Positions 11,825-23,230 of a DNA stretch of 40,420 nucleotides are shown one piece after another. Source of the DNA: Octopus bimaculoides (taxonomy: Eukaryota); the NCBI RefSeq assembly GCF_001194135.2, contig NC_068981.1, forward strand, positions 71,200,369 to 71,240,788, given 5' to 3'. Position 1 is the first letter of the stretch; each line of letters begins with the position of its first letter. The notes under the pieces were generated by a model. That model saw nothing but the letters and a program-made list of their open reading frames with translations. It was not told the DNA's origin and searched no databases. Both the position numbers and the translations under genes were made by a program.

Positions 11825-11910
11825 AACAACAAACAAGATGAGGACAAATATCCGTCAAATGTAAATAATGTAAATAATGTACATAGTTCCTCATCTCTTG
11901 AATATAGAAC

Positions 11911-13320
11911 GTTTTTGTTATTGTTCTCCGCCACGTTTCCTTTGGTCGACCACGTCTTCTTTTACCTTGTGGAACCCATTGCAAAGCGATCCTAACAATT
12001 CATTTCGGTTTATAGCGACATGACCTAGACATTTCCATCTCCTTGCTTCAATAGTTTCACATTAGCCTTGATATGTAGTTGGTTATTCGAGTTCATATAT
12101 GGCTAGTAGATCTTCAGAATGTTTGGTAAACATTTATTTTGAAACACCTCCAATTTATTTTCAATACTTTTGGTTGTTTTCCAACTTTTGGATCGATAGA
12201 TGAGGAAACTAAGAGTGTTGCTTCTGTAAAATCATATTTTGGTGCTCTTCCTGAGTATTGATGATTTCCATATTGAGTTTAACATACTGAATGATTGGTT
12301 GGCTTTGCTGATTTTTGTACTTATTTCATGAATGCAGTCTCCATCCATTGTAATTTTGCCTAGATAGTTAGATTCGTCAACATTTGCGATTGGTTTGTCG
12401 TTGATTTTGAGACCTAATGTGTTGGCTATTTCACTAAGTCTTTCAGATTTGTCTTGTAACTCTTGAGTTGTGTATGAGAACAAACAAATGTCGTCTGCAT
12501 AATCTAAATCTTCTAGTTAAGCTGTATTCTATTCTATACTTCATTTATATTCTTCTGTCGTTCTTTGCATTAACCAATTCACGGTCAATGAAAATAAGAC
12601 TGTTTGACTCCGGTTTTGATTTCGAACGGAGTTTGTTGTTGTGTATAACTTGACATACGAAGTTTTCAAACGAATCATCTTGACTAATTTGTGTGGGAAA
12701 CCATAGAGTCTGAGAATTTTCCAAAGTGTATCTCGGTGAAGTTTATCGAAAACTTTTTCAAAGTCAACAAACAGCATGCACAAAGATGAGTTCCATTCAT
12801 AGGATTGTTCGAGTATTTGGCGAATTACAAAATATTGTCGGTACATGATTTTCTTTTCCTGAATCCAGCTTGCTCTTGGCGAAGTAACCGGTCTACTGCT
12901 ACCGTGATGCGCTGTAACATAATTTGGGTGAATATTTTACCGGTGATTGATAATAGAGTGATTCCCCCCCAATTACTACAATTTGATGCATAACCTTTCT
13001 TCGATAATTTCACAATGAGTCCTTTTTTCCAGTTGTTCGGTATTTCCTCATTAATCCAGATATTTTGTAAATCTTTTGGAAAATAATTGGTAACGTTTTG
13101 ACCTCTGCTTTAAGCCTAACTTTGACCCTAACTTCATCTAATCCTGAAGTTTTGCCAGTTTTTAAATTTATGATTAGCTTTTACGACTTCGGTTAGTGTG
13201 AACTCTCCAGTGTTGATTTCCAAGTCCTTATCCGCTTCTTTTATTATCATATTAGCCTGCCCTGATATAACTCCAGTCACATAACTCTTGATTTTATGCG
13301 TATGAAATGTCTGAGTACTT
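11911..13320 (-). mobile_element. RTE-clade LINE RT fragment
   Basis: QEQAGFRKRKSCTDNI (ORF 12825-13013), FVDFEKVFDKLHRDTLWKIL (ORF 12541-12846), EDLDYADDI (~12487-12512) and a C-terminal QGKRRRGRPKETWRRT (~11920-11975). Confidence 0.9.
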
Positions 13321-13329
13321 CCAGTAAGA

Positions 13330-14523
13330 TATTCACCCAAATTACTTTATCTCAACAAAAAGCAATGCAGTTAATCAAAGTATGCACCTAAATTATCAAC
13401 ACAGTTTTGCCATTTTATCAGTAGCTTATTTATATTAGCAGCGAAGAATTCTGGAGAGCAAGACGTGATGAAATCACGAGAGGCTGTTTTCGCATCTTCT
13501 TCAGATTTCTAGTTTTTCCTTGCAAGAAGTTGTCTAATGCTTGGAAAACTTGATAATCTGTTGATGCGAGGTCTGGTGAATATGGTGGACGACAGAGTAC
13601 TTCTAAGTTCAGTCCCTGTAACTTGAGTAGCATTTTTTGTGCAGCATGTGGTCGGGCATTGTCTTGCAAGAGAATTGGCCTGTCTCTATTGACCAATCTC
13701 AGTTGTTTTATTGCAAGTCCACTCATCATTTCATCCAATTGATTTACTAGGTCTCATGAAGCTGTAGTGAATGACACCAGCGCTGGACCACCAAACAGAC
13801 ACCATTAGCTTTTTTTTATGAATATTCTTTTTTGGATTGTATTGTTGTACTTCGTCTCTATCCAACCACCGTGCTTGTTATTTTTGAAAAGAATCTATTT
13901 CATCACACGTAACAAAACGATGCAAAAATGATTCGTTTTTATGCCATGACAGCAAAGAACAGCAAGTTTTAAGACGATGTGTCAGTTGATGCTCGATCAG
14001 TTCGTGTGGTACCCACTTGTCCAGTTTCTTTACCTTGCCGATTTGTTTCAGATGGTCCAATACAGTTGGAATCGAAACATCAAACTTTACTGCTAACTCA
14101 CGCGTGGTTTGAGATTTCCAGCTTATCATTATCCACCTTTGTCTCAGGTCTACCACGGGGCTGATTTTCAAGAGTGAGATCACCAGGCCAGAACTTCTCA
14201 AACCATCAACGTACAGTGCGCTCATTCGCTACATCTTCATCAAACACGTCATTGATGTTTTGAGCTGTCTGGGATGCATTGGTTCCACAACGGAATTCAT
14301 ATTCATAAACAACACGAATTTTTTATCCATCTATGGGTTCACAAAAATTGATTTACAAGAGAAAACTCACAATATAGTCAAACACCATGAATTACATTTC
14401 GAAAAGTGATGATGTAACTTTTCAATGTTGTAAAACAAAGAATTGTCAGGATAAAATATTTGAGTTAACGACTGTCAAACTTGATGCATAAGAAAATCGG
14501 ACATTTCATTCTTAATGACCTGA
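13330..14523 (-). mobile_element. Mariner (D,D34D) transposon remnant
   Basis: KLDKWVPHEL...FVTCDE (ORF 13878-14225) and LLQDNARPH...PPYSPDLASTDY (ORF 13430-13738). The putative 5' end is TA|TCAGGTCATTAAG at 14523. The 3' TIR was not found. Confidence 0.9.
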
Positions 14524-14961
14524 TAGCTATATATATTAAAAGATTAATACGGAAGACAGAGCGTAACTAGAAGCATTTATAAGCACAACAATCATTTCAG
14601 TTTCATGATGCATTGCTCACTACTGGGCGTCCAATGATGTAATAACACCAGATTCAACGCATATATATGTATATATATACATATACATACTTCCATTCAT
14701 ATATATATATATATATATATATTAGGGATAAAAATCGAAATTTACAGGTAACAACTCAATTAAATTCAATTTATTAAAAATTAAAATTCGATTAAGTTTC
14801 ACAGTATAAAATATAAATATATAGTTTTAGAGACAAGAACCAAAGTTCATAAACTAATCCATGAAAATCCACAGTCACATATAGAAAAATTAATAAGTAA
14901 ATGCACGATAAATAAGTATAATATAACACAAAGTAAATATCATAAGATAATGATAATAAAA

Positions 14962-15072
14962 CGACTACACGTGTTTCATAACCAAATTTTCAAATAGAAA
15001 ATAAAAATATTCAAATCGATTAAAACGATCGAAAATCAATTCTATTCAAAACTATAGCTAATCTTCAGGTCA
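14962..15072 (-). ncRNA. Hammerhead-like motif with extended stem II, inside an AT-rich repeat (~14720-15100)
   Basis: The minus strand reads TGAC-CTGAAGA-[84 nt foldable]-GAAAC-ACGT-GTA-GTCG. Stem I is TGAC/GTCG and the stem III loop ACGT is palindromic. The first pair of stem II is a U-U mismatch. Confidence 0.6.
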
Positions 15073-15240
15073 AAATACAACAATAATAATAATAAAAGAA
15101 TGTATATATCAACCAACAATATATAACAAATGAATGTATATAAAAATACTTATTATATTAAGATACAAAAATATTATTAAAAATATCAAAAATTATAAAC
15201 GTGCCATAATTATAAGACGTTCCTAGCCTCTAATATAACA

Positions 15241-15443
15241 CGTTCCTAGCTTTGAGTAAAAGAAAATAGAGGAGGATCAGTTAATTATGATTTTATTTAA
15301 TATATTCCCCTCTCAGATTCACACACTTATTGTAGCGGTCCTTCAGTTTTTCTAAGCCCTACAAAAGAGATCGGAAGTATGGGCCTCCAAGCAGGCATTT
15401 CGCTATATTCGTAAAGTCAGGAACTTTTCAGCACTCCCTGGTA
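15241..15443. mobile_element. Mariner-type MITE, left end truncated (same family as 20652-20862)
   Basis: The internal sequence cccctctcagattcacacacttattg...cagtttttctaagccct is shared with 20652-20862. The right end caggaacttttcagcactccctggta resembles the TIR of that copy. Confidence 0.75.
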
Positions 15444-15862
15444 TATATGTGTGCGTGTGTGTATGTGTGTGTGTTTGTGTGTGCGTGTGTATGTGTGTAT
15501 GTGTGACTTTATGTATGTTCTATGACATATTTGGGTTACAAATAGCTAATTATTTGCTGCATTAACAATTAGATAATTATTAGAATTAATAATCAGTAAA
15601 TTTTCTGCATAGAGTTACAGAATTTTCAACTCTAACAATTACTACCTGTTCACACCTTCGCATAATTTGTGCATCACATCGATTGTTATATAAACAATGT
15701 ATCAAAGGTGTTAACGCTGATCGACAAGACCACAGAGGAATGTGGTCAAACTTCAGTTGGTGGGGGGGGGCGTTGCTTGGACTCTACCAATTATAGCCTC
15801 TAAAACGTGTTTGAGATAGATTAGTTATATACACTAATATTGTATTATATATGGTTCTCTGT

Positions 15863-15866
<4 letters not shown>

Positions 15867-15952
<86 letters not shown>
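15867..15952. repeat. (TG)n microsatellite
   Basis: Direct reading. Confidence 0.97.
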
Positions 15953-15954
<2 letters not shown>

Positions 15955-16083
15955 CTGTGTATGTGTGTGTATGTGTGTCTATCTGTGTGTGTGTGCGTTA
16001 CAGTGTACATGTATACGTGACATAGATACATACAGAATATATGTGTGTGTGTAGTTAGACAGACAGACGAGAGACAGACAGAT

Positions 16084-16151
<68 letters not shown>
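16084..16151. repeat. (GATA)n microsatellite
   Basis: Direct reading. Confidence 0.97.
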
Positions 16152-16152
<1 letters not shown>

Positions 16153-17386
16153 GGAAACAAGCATAAGAAAGGGAGAACTGAGTGTATATTTTTAGATAGA
16201 TAGACAAACCGACAGGCAGCTAGACAGGCAGACAGACATAACAGTGAGAGAAGTGGATATATTCATTTTTGATACAACTCGGAATATATAGTGTAGAGAA
16301 TTTTTGTACTAGATTATAGTATACACAATTATAATACAACGTATAGTTTCTGTAAACATAAATTATCTCAAACTAATAATTGCCTCGGTTTTTTAATTGT
16401 TTACGAATACGAAGCAAAAGAAAAATGGTTCTGCTTAACAGATTTATTTTCTCGATTACCAAGATATTCTAAAACACCCTGAAATTTCTCACACGTTAGG
16501 GAATTCTCATGTCATTTATAATCAGTATTTTTTATAATAAAATATGTTAAACTACGTTTATTTCTACGAGTAGTCGTAAATTTGGTCTTCAAGTCGTAAC
16601 ATTTTCTAAAGAAATCATTAGTTTCTAATTACTTGAAAGTCGTTTCCTCTTTCAAATATTTGATATTGAGGCCAATTAAATATGACAAAGGTGTTAGGGA
16701 AAGAATGAACAACGCATTGACAAATATATGAATTTCAATCAGTATGTTTAAATTGGCATTGATTTTACCCTTTGAATCAATATTCTTTTGCACTATTGGC
16801 AAAATGTTGCCTTCTTTAAACTTAAAACTATCCTTCTTTACTAACGAACTTAGATATGTTCACACTTTTGTGGGGTGTTTCTTATGGCTTTGGCAGAGAC
16901 GAAAGACCGAAGCGTATGTCTTTTTAGTTGAAAGTACTGAGAAGAGGAAAGTTCTTTTCGGACCTAGACCTACAAGAATGCTTGTAATAGAGTACTATCC
17001 ATAAAGTACCCATGGCTGAAATGGAAACACTTTAAACCTACCACTCAAAAGAGAAGTGGATCATTCAACAAGCTTCTTAAAGTTTTTTTTCTGGCAAATT
17101 TTACTCAATCGAATGAGGCCAATGTAGAAGATACTTACCAAAACTGTTGTGCTGTTGAATCAAATCCGAAACTATGTAGATGCAAACAGAATTTCTTAAT
17201 GGCATACACTCGTTAATGTGCTCTTGAATCATTCATTGACTTTGATTATGCACGGGTGCTTCTAGGTTGATTGATATGCATGTATGTAAGAACGTGTATA
17301 GATGTCATAACTGAAATATATGGTATTTGAATATACATTCATACATTCTCTTATAGGTTTCTCTTGGTTATATTTTGCTGACAGCT

Positions 17387-17700
17387 AACACGTTTACTGG
17401 ACTAGGAGTACCACAGTAGACAATTTTGATACAATAATGAGATCGTCAGACTTTGCCCAAGTCACTGAGCTTTTGGGCCTATTTTTATTATCACAGATTA
17501 AGAAGAATTTTCCTGAAATATGCGGAGGATTATATAGGGATAATGCCCTATTTACAACTACCAAATTATTTGGACCAGCTGTTGAATGTATAAAGACATT
17601 ACAAAAATTCTTGAAAAATTATTATAATGTCCACATTTTATTTGAAACTAATACCAAGACTGTACATAACTTTAACCTTCAACTCTTATTATATTTTGTA
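17387..17700 (+). mobile_element. PLE-type RT fragment (second half)
   Basis: HVYWTRSTTVDNFDTIMRSSDFAQVTELLGLFLL...GGLYRDNA matches the FDVTMGSxDGAEVCELVG / GLYRDDGL signature of PLE RTs. Confidence 0.7.
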
Positions 17701-18884
17701 CTCACCTTAAAGTATCACCGCTAAGTGTTTTGCGTTCTATTTAAACACTAAAGTATCTATTTTATTTCATGTGCCTGAACAACATATACTTTCGCTCCAA
17801 ACTTCAAATTAAAATTTCAGAAAAGAATCTTGAACATATTTAAAAATTTCTGAAGAGCTTTTAAATCTTCTTAAGCCATCTCTGAAGAAAGAAATATGAA
17901 TAACTGAGACATAGAGAGAACTCTACATATATTTAAACGCATATATGTGTACATGTATATGCCCACACATCTGCGTGTGTAAAGTCGTACTTATACGAGT
18001 GTGTATGAGTGCGTAGACGTACATTCACGCATGCGCGCGCACGTACAAACAGGTACACACACACACACGAACGCACACATGCACACTCCAGAGAAAGCGT
18101 GACAGGAAGTTGCTTCTCTTTGTTAAGTTTTTTTTGTCTTTTTTCTCCTTGTATGAACGTTTTTACTTAAATATTGTGTCATTTTCAAATATAGTCTTGT
18201 CTCTCAGCTTTAAGCTTCTTGTAATATATNNNNNNNNNNATATATATATATATATATATATTTCGTTTTTCACTATTGATATGTATACATATAACTCTCT
18301 ATGGCTTTTTTCTGCTAGTGAACCCGTTGCGTTATATTCTACTAGACAACACGTGGCCTTGTTTACATTATACTTCGTCTCGACCTGTTACTATTTCTTT
18401 AAACATATCCGTTAGATTTTTCTTTCTATGTTATAGTTCACTGCACATATAGACCTGCATACACATTGTTATACATAAATATACAATACGCGCGCGGATA
18501 TACACACGCATGTCCTTGCAGAATGGTTTAGAAGTTCGCTGAGGCATCATGTATGTGAGCAAGCATGTGACATTATCGCATCGGATTGACCCAAAGTTAT
18601 GAGTGAAGCTGTGAACTGCTAGTCAAAGTATATTATGTCTTGTAAATGCAAATGTTACCAAATTAAATGTCCAGCATGGCCAACATTTATGATGAACTAG
18701 ATGCATTTCTATCATTTATTCAACGATCTTTACTATTTTCACTATCATTTTTTTTTATATATATAGTATCCTAATCGAAACTAAATATATATAAAGTATT
18801 TAATTTTGTCGATGTAACATCTTTTTATGACCAGTTAAATTAAGTTATAATCTGCCTTTTGTTCCTTATTTACCGATGAAAAAG

Positions 18885-19135
18885 TACACGTTATTATCGT
18901 TAAAGTATATGAAAGTTTTTCGGGCAGTTAAAATTATATCCATACTGCATCGAGAGACTGTTGTATGTTTTCGAGCAGAAATCAGCGCTTCGTTGAGGAG
19001 AATAAGTGAAATTGAAATAATTTGAAATATCGAAATGGATAAATTGCGTTTGCTGTTTGTCTTTAAGCGAACGAAACCAAGTTATAACATCACTCGTAGA
19101 GTTCAATAAAGGAAATTTCACTTTGGTCCTAACCA
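18885..19135 (-). mobile_element. PLE-type RT fragment (first half)
   Basis: ORF 18900-19121 NSTSDVITWFRSLKDKQQTQFIHFDISNYF matches the 'TxDVIxWF...FxxFDIxxFY' region of the same RT type. Confidence 0.65.
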
Positions 19136-20651
19136 GAGCTATTATTCGGTCTAATACTTGGCAATTTTACCTAAGTATATATATAATACGATAAAGAATA
19201 TCTTTGTTGTCACCGCTTGAAATTTAGTACCCCTATTTACGGCCATTAAACTAGCAGTTCGACTAGTAGAGTTCAATAAGCTATGTAACAGATTTAAAAT
19301 AGGTCATGTGGTCGATATAATCAACTCCCTTTGAGTGGGTGTATCATATGGCTGCAATCTAATAAATGGGTTAGGTGAAATGATAAAAATAATTTATATA
19401 AATATATGTGTATGTGTATGCGCGTGTATATGTGTCCATGTGTACGTGTTTCCACACAAACTATGTCTACTAAATTTCACACATGTGGTTATAAAAGATC
19501 CAAGGTTTTCGTAAAGGTCACTTTCCCAAAATGCTGTGCGTCGTCACGAAATCCAAAGTGGCGTCGTTTCGAAATGAACTGCCTGTACCAGAGGGCGATG
19601 ACTCTATCTACTATACTTATACTATAAATATATCATAAAATGTACTATTAAAATCGTTTGATTAAAAAAATTCTGGTCATAGATTAAAATCGATGTTCCC
19701 TTTCTTAGCTCGTCAAACCTAGCTCCACGGTAATAAGCACAAAAATGGATTATTTTGTTTATCTATATTTTTTAATAAAAGATTCTTTATTATCTATATT
19801 ACAGTTGAAATTTTGGCTTCGGAAGTGTGAGACATTTCTCCCATAGCATACTTTAGCATAATGTTTATGTTTTGAATAATGCTGACTTTCAGTTTATTAT
19901 TTCTGGTGTTTTTAACTTACTGTGACTAATTCTGAGAATGACACCAGATCTATGCTCTATTACATTATTCATGAAATGGCTGAGATTTCTGTGTGAACTG
20001 TCAGACAAAGCATTATATCTCTCGTGAATGCAAACTTTACTTTCAAGCCAAATATTTTTCACTTGCACCAGCTATATATGTAAAAATGAACACGCATACT
20101 TAAAATGTCAAGGGACTATAATGTAGATATCTACTTCTAAGTATAAAGTCACTATCTGTATGTAGGAGAGGTTACGAATGTAAGGCTAAGTTGACTTAAA
20201 GGTATTTTGTTTCCTTACCGACGCATTCTGTCAAACACCGCCCCACTAAGGTAGCTAAAATCAGGCGAGGCGTGGTCTGCCTGTGATGTACTTTGGTTGC
20301 ATTCTCTACAGCAAACAATGAAAAGTTGTTGATTTTTCTGCCAGGACATAACAAATGGCACATTTTCTTGCAAAGTATTGCAAATTTGTTGTAACAGTTG
20401 TAAGGACTATTTCTTTAAATATAACTTTATTGACCATCACATTTTTTAAGCATTTTAGTTTTACCTAATTAATAATAGTGTTGGTATGGATGCATTTAGT
20501 ACATGAAAAAGAGAAATACTCGATAAAGTTTTGTTAATACATTACATATCTATAAATATATGTGTAACAGTTACCAGTAGTCAATATCGAGACTCTTACG
20601 TTACTACATATTTTTAAATGATTAATAATAATAATGATAATATCCTTTGTA

Positions 20652-20862
20652 CAAGAGGGGCTGAAAAGTTCCTAGTTTGGGATAAAAGAAAATACAAGAG
20701 GTTCAGTTATGATTTTGTTCAACATATTCCTCTCTCAGATTCACACACTTATTGCAGCCGTCCTCCAGTTTTTCTAAGCCCTGTAAAATAACTCGGAAGG
20801 TTGGGCTTCCAATCAGGCCTTTCGCAATACTCTTAAGCCAGGAACTTTACAGCAGCCCCTCG
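20652..20862. mobile_element. Mariner-type MITE with TA target duplication
   Basis: TA|caagaggggctgaaaagttcct ... aggaactttacagcagcccctcg|TA, with imperfect TIRs of about 25 bp. Confidence 0.85.
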
Positions 20863-20865
20863 TAC

Positions 20866-21060
20866 TATAGGTACAAGACCTGAAACTTTAGGGTAGGCTT
20901 AGCCAGTTATACCGATCCCAGTGTTCAGCTGGTACTTATTTTATCGGTCCCGAAAGGATGAAAGACAAAGCCGACCTCGGCGGAATTTGAACTCAGAAGT
21001 AAAGACGGACAAAATGCCACTTAGTACTTTTTTCTGGCGTGCTAACAATTCTGCCAGCAT
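20866..21060 (-). mobile_element. SINE (tRNA-like head)
   Basis: The minus strand reads tggcagaattgttagc...gagttcaaattcc (A- and B-box-like). It is homologous to 4144-4315. Confidence 0.8.
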
Positions 21061-21949
21061 TAAGCCAAGAAGAAATTTGAAAAAGACATACTCCAGAAAG
21101 CTTAAGCAAAACGTTTGCCAGTGAGCGTATCAGGAAACAACTAATTATCACAAAGTGAATTCTGAGACTCCCTTGCAAGTACAGTTCTAGCTGTAAGGCA
21201 TCTCGGAATTTCTTCTCATTAATATTGCATGTAAAATTTAGGTGGCATTTACATATTACTCTGTGGTTTTATTTTGAGCAAGATATCTTCTCCTAAAGTA
21301 CACTTTTTTTAAAGCTGGTGCATATGTTCACGCCTTTTTCTGTATTACGAAGTGGTGAGTTCATTTAGTATAGTATTTACCCAAGTGTTATCTGGCTCAG
21401 AATATGAATTTTTAAAATTTTGTAGCGTGTAAGGTAACCTGTTTCTCAACAAATGGAAATTGTAATGTTTTGTATGAGGGATTTATTAATCTATGTCATT
21501 CTTCATATATTTAATTGAAAAGTAAACTTAAATGTTTAAAAAACTTAAAGGTTGATAATTTCTCACTCTTTATTTAATTCCATACAATTTCTCTATTTTT
21601 CAAAAGTGTGCTAAAAGCCATTAACAGGAATCAACTTCATATTTCCTGAGCCTGATATTCAAGAAATTGATCATTTGGCTAATAACTTTTATCGTTCAGA
21701 AAATCTATCCTCATCTGAAGAAATAAATGAAAACAATTGGCGCTGCTTTTAGAAAAAAACAGGATATGAGTGAAAGTATTAAGAAAAGAGTGAAGTAGCA
21801 TCTCTGAAACACCGAGTCGTAAAGAAACTACTATTAGGGAAGGAGACTTTGGGCCAGAATAAATAGAAATAATTGCTGATGTTTATGTGAGAGAGGTGAG
21901 TTAGTGATAAAGTGGAACTTTCTATGCGCAAGCATTCCATGTGAAGAAA

Positions 21950-23230
21950 AAATATAGTGTATAGCCTGGACAGCAAATTCCGACCAGAGACAGAAAATGA
22001 CGGAATATGATATTCAAAATTGTGAATGACAAGCATCTGGCAAAGCTAGCATAATTGCTGCTCAACATACTGGTATTTAGAGACGTATCGAAACAATTAA
22101 TCAGAGAAAAATATTTGCGGCTTGTAGAAATCATACGCTGAACTTGGGTATACATTCACTTTCTGATGCTATAAATTCTGTCAATTTTTGTTTGTTTTGT
22201 TTTCTTAGTGGGGTATTGAGGAGGATTTGGTCAGTGTCTTTCTTCCTCAATCCATCATGTGTTAATGATGGAAGAAAAGAATTTGAAGTCATAACAAGGA
22301 AAGTCCTGATTTCAGACTTTGGTCAAAGTAATACAGGCTCCCGGTGAAGTCAAGGAACAATCTTTGAGTGTTGCAAAATAATTTTTTCTCAGAATTATTA
22401 AGTCATATTAAAACAGTCAAATAGTGAGGAAAACAGCGAAACAGTTAGGGTCAGGAGTGCTTTCTTGGCCAATGAGAATCCGTCTAGAAATTAATTACGT
22501 AAGTGCTTACCTGCAAGCTAAATGACTTTAAAAGCGTTTCTCATTGGAAACTGAGATTAGCTAGTGAATAATGAATTAATATATACCAGAGGAATTTGTG
22601 GTGATATGAGGGTACTAATGGTGTGCACATCGATGTATGTGTGCAAATGGTCTGTGAAGGATTGTGAGATGCAATATTGCTTATGAAACTGTTTTCTTGG
22701 TTAGACAGAAAAATTGAGTAAATAACTCCGTGATTTAAACAGCGTCATGAGATTGTTGAAAAATATCTTCCCTATACAATGTGAAGCTTTTGATGTTTTT
22801 GGAGCGACAAATATAAGTGATAACCAGATATCATTCACGACGACATTGATAAGGAGGAATCCTTTGTTGAGTTAAAATTACTTCAGCATCTTATTGCTGA
22901 TTTTGCTACAGAGGACGAAACAGAAGCTAAAGGAAGGCAGCTTTGAAAATTTACAGCATATTTAAAGGAATAATCATACGAACACGTCTCCGTACATGGT
23001 AATACTGCTACGGATTTTTCTCATTAATTTCCGTTACTGTTAATAACTGTGTGGGACAGTATTCTAGACTAAAACTGATAACTAATTACCTCAGATATAC
23101 CATGAACACCTTGCAGATGAGAAACCTTCTCATACTGCCTGTACCACAGAACTATAATTGTCAAATGAAATAGAGTTATACGAGCTAGACCGAAGATTTT
23201 GCCAACAAAAATGCCAGACAATAACTTTAT
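21950..23230 (+). mobile_element. hAT transposase remnant
   Basis: Translates, with stops, to QASGKASIIAAQHTGI*RRIETINQRKIFAACRNHTLNL (the CxxHxLNL motif, ~22025-22150). A C-terminal dimerisation-like YMVILLRIF..ISVT....YSRLKLITNYLRYTM follows at ~22990-23110. Confidence 0.8.

Larger units (their letters stand above)
8762..11910 (-). mobile_element. Penelope-like retroelement (RT plus C-terminal GIY-YIG) with terminal repeats, degenerate
   Basis: N-terminal KLHQKLARFSNHVTFLCRCRDSKLI (~11400-11480). RT motifs in ORF 9694-10908 are LPKIHKDGIPLRPIVS, SLDVVSLFTKVP, LGSPLSPLIANIYME and RYVDDTF. GIY-YIG is VYSILCSCG..KGETCRPLK...EH (ORF 9407-9697), ending near 9180. Related repeats lie at 8762-9149 (-), 11530-11615 (-) and 11621-11910 (+). 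Confidence 0.93.
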
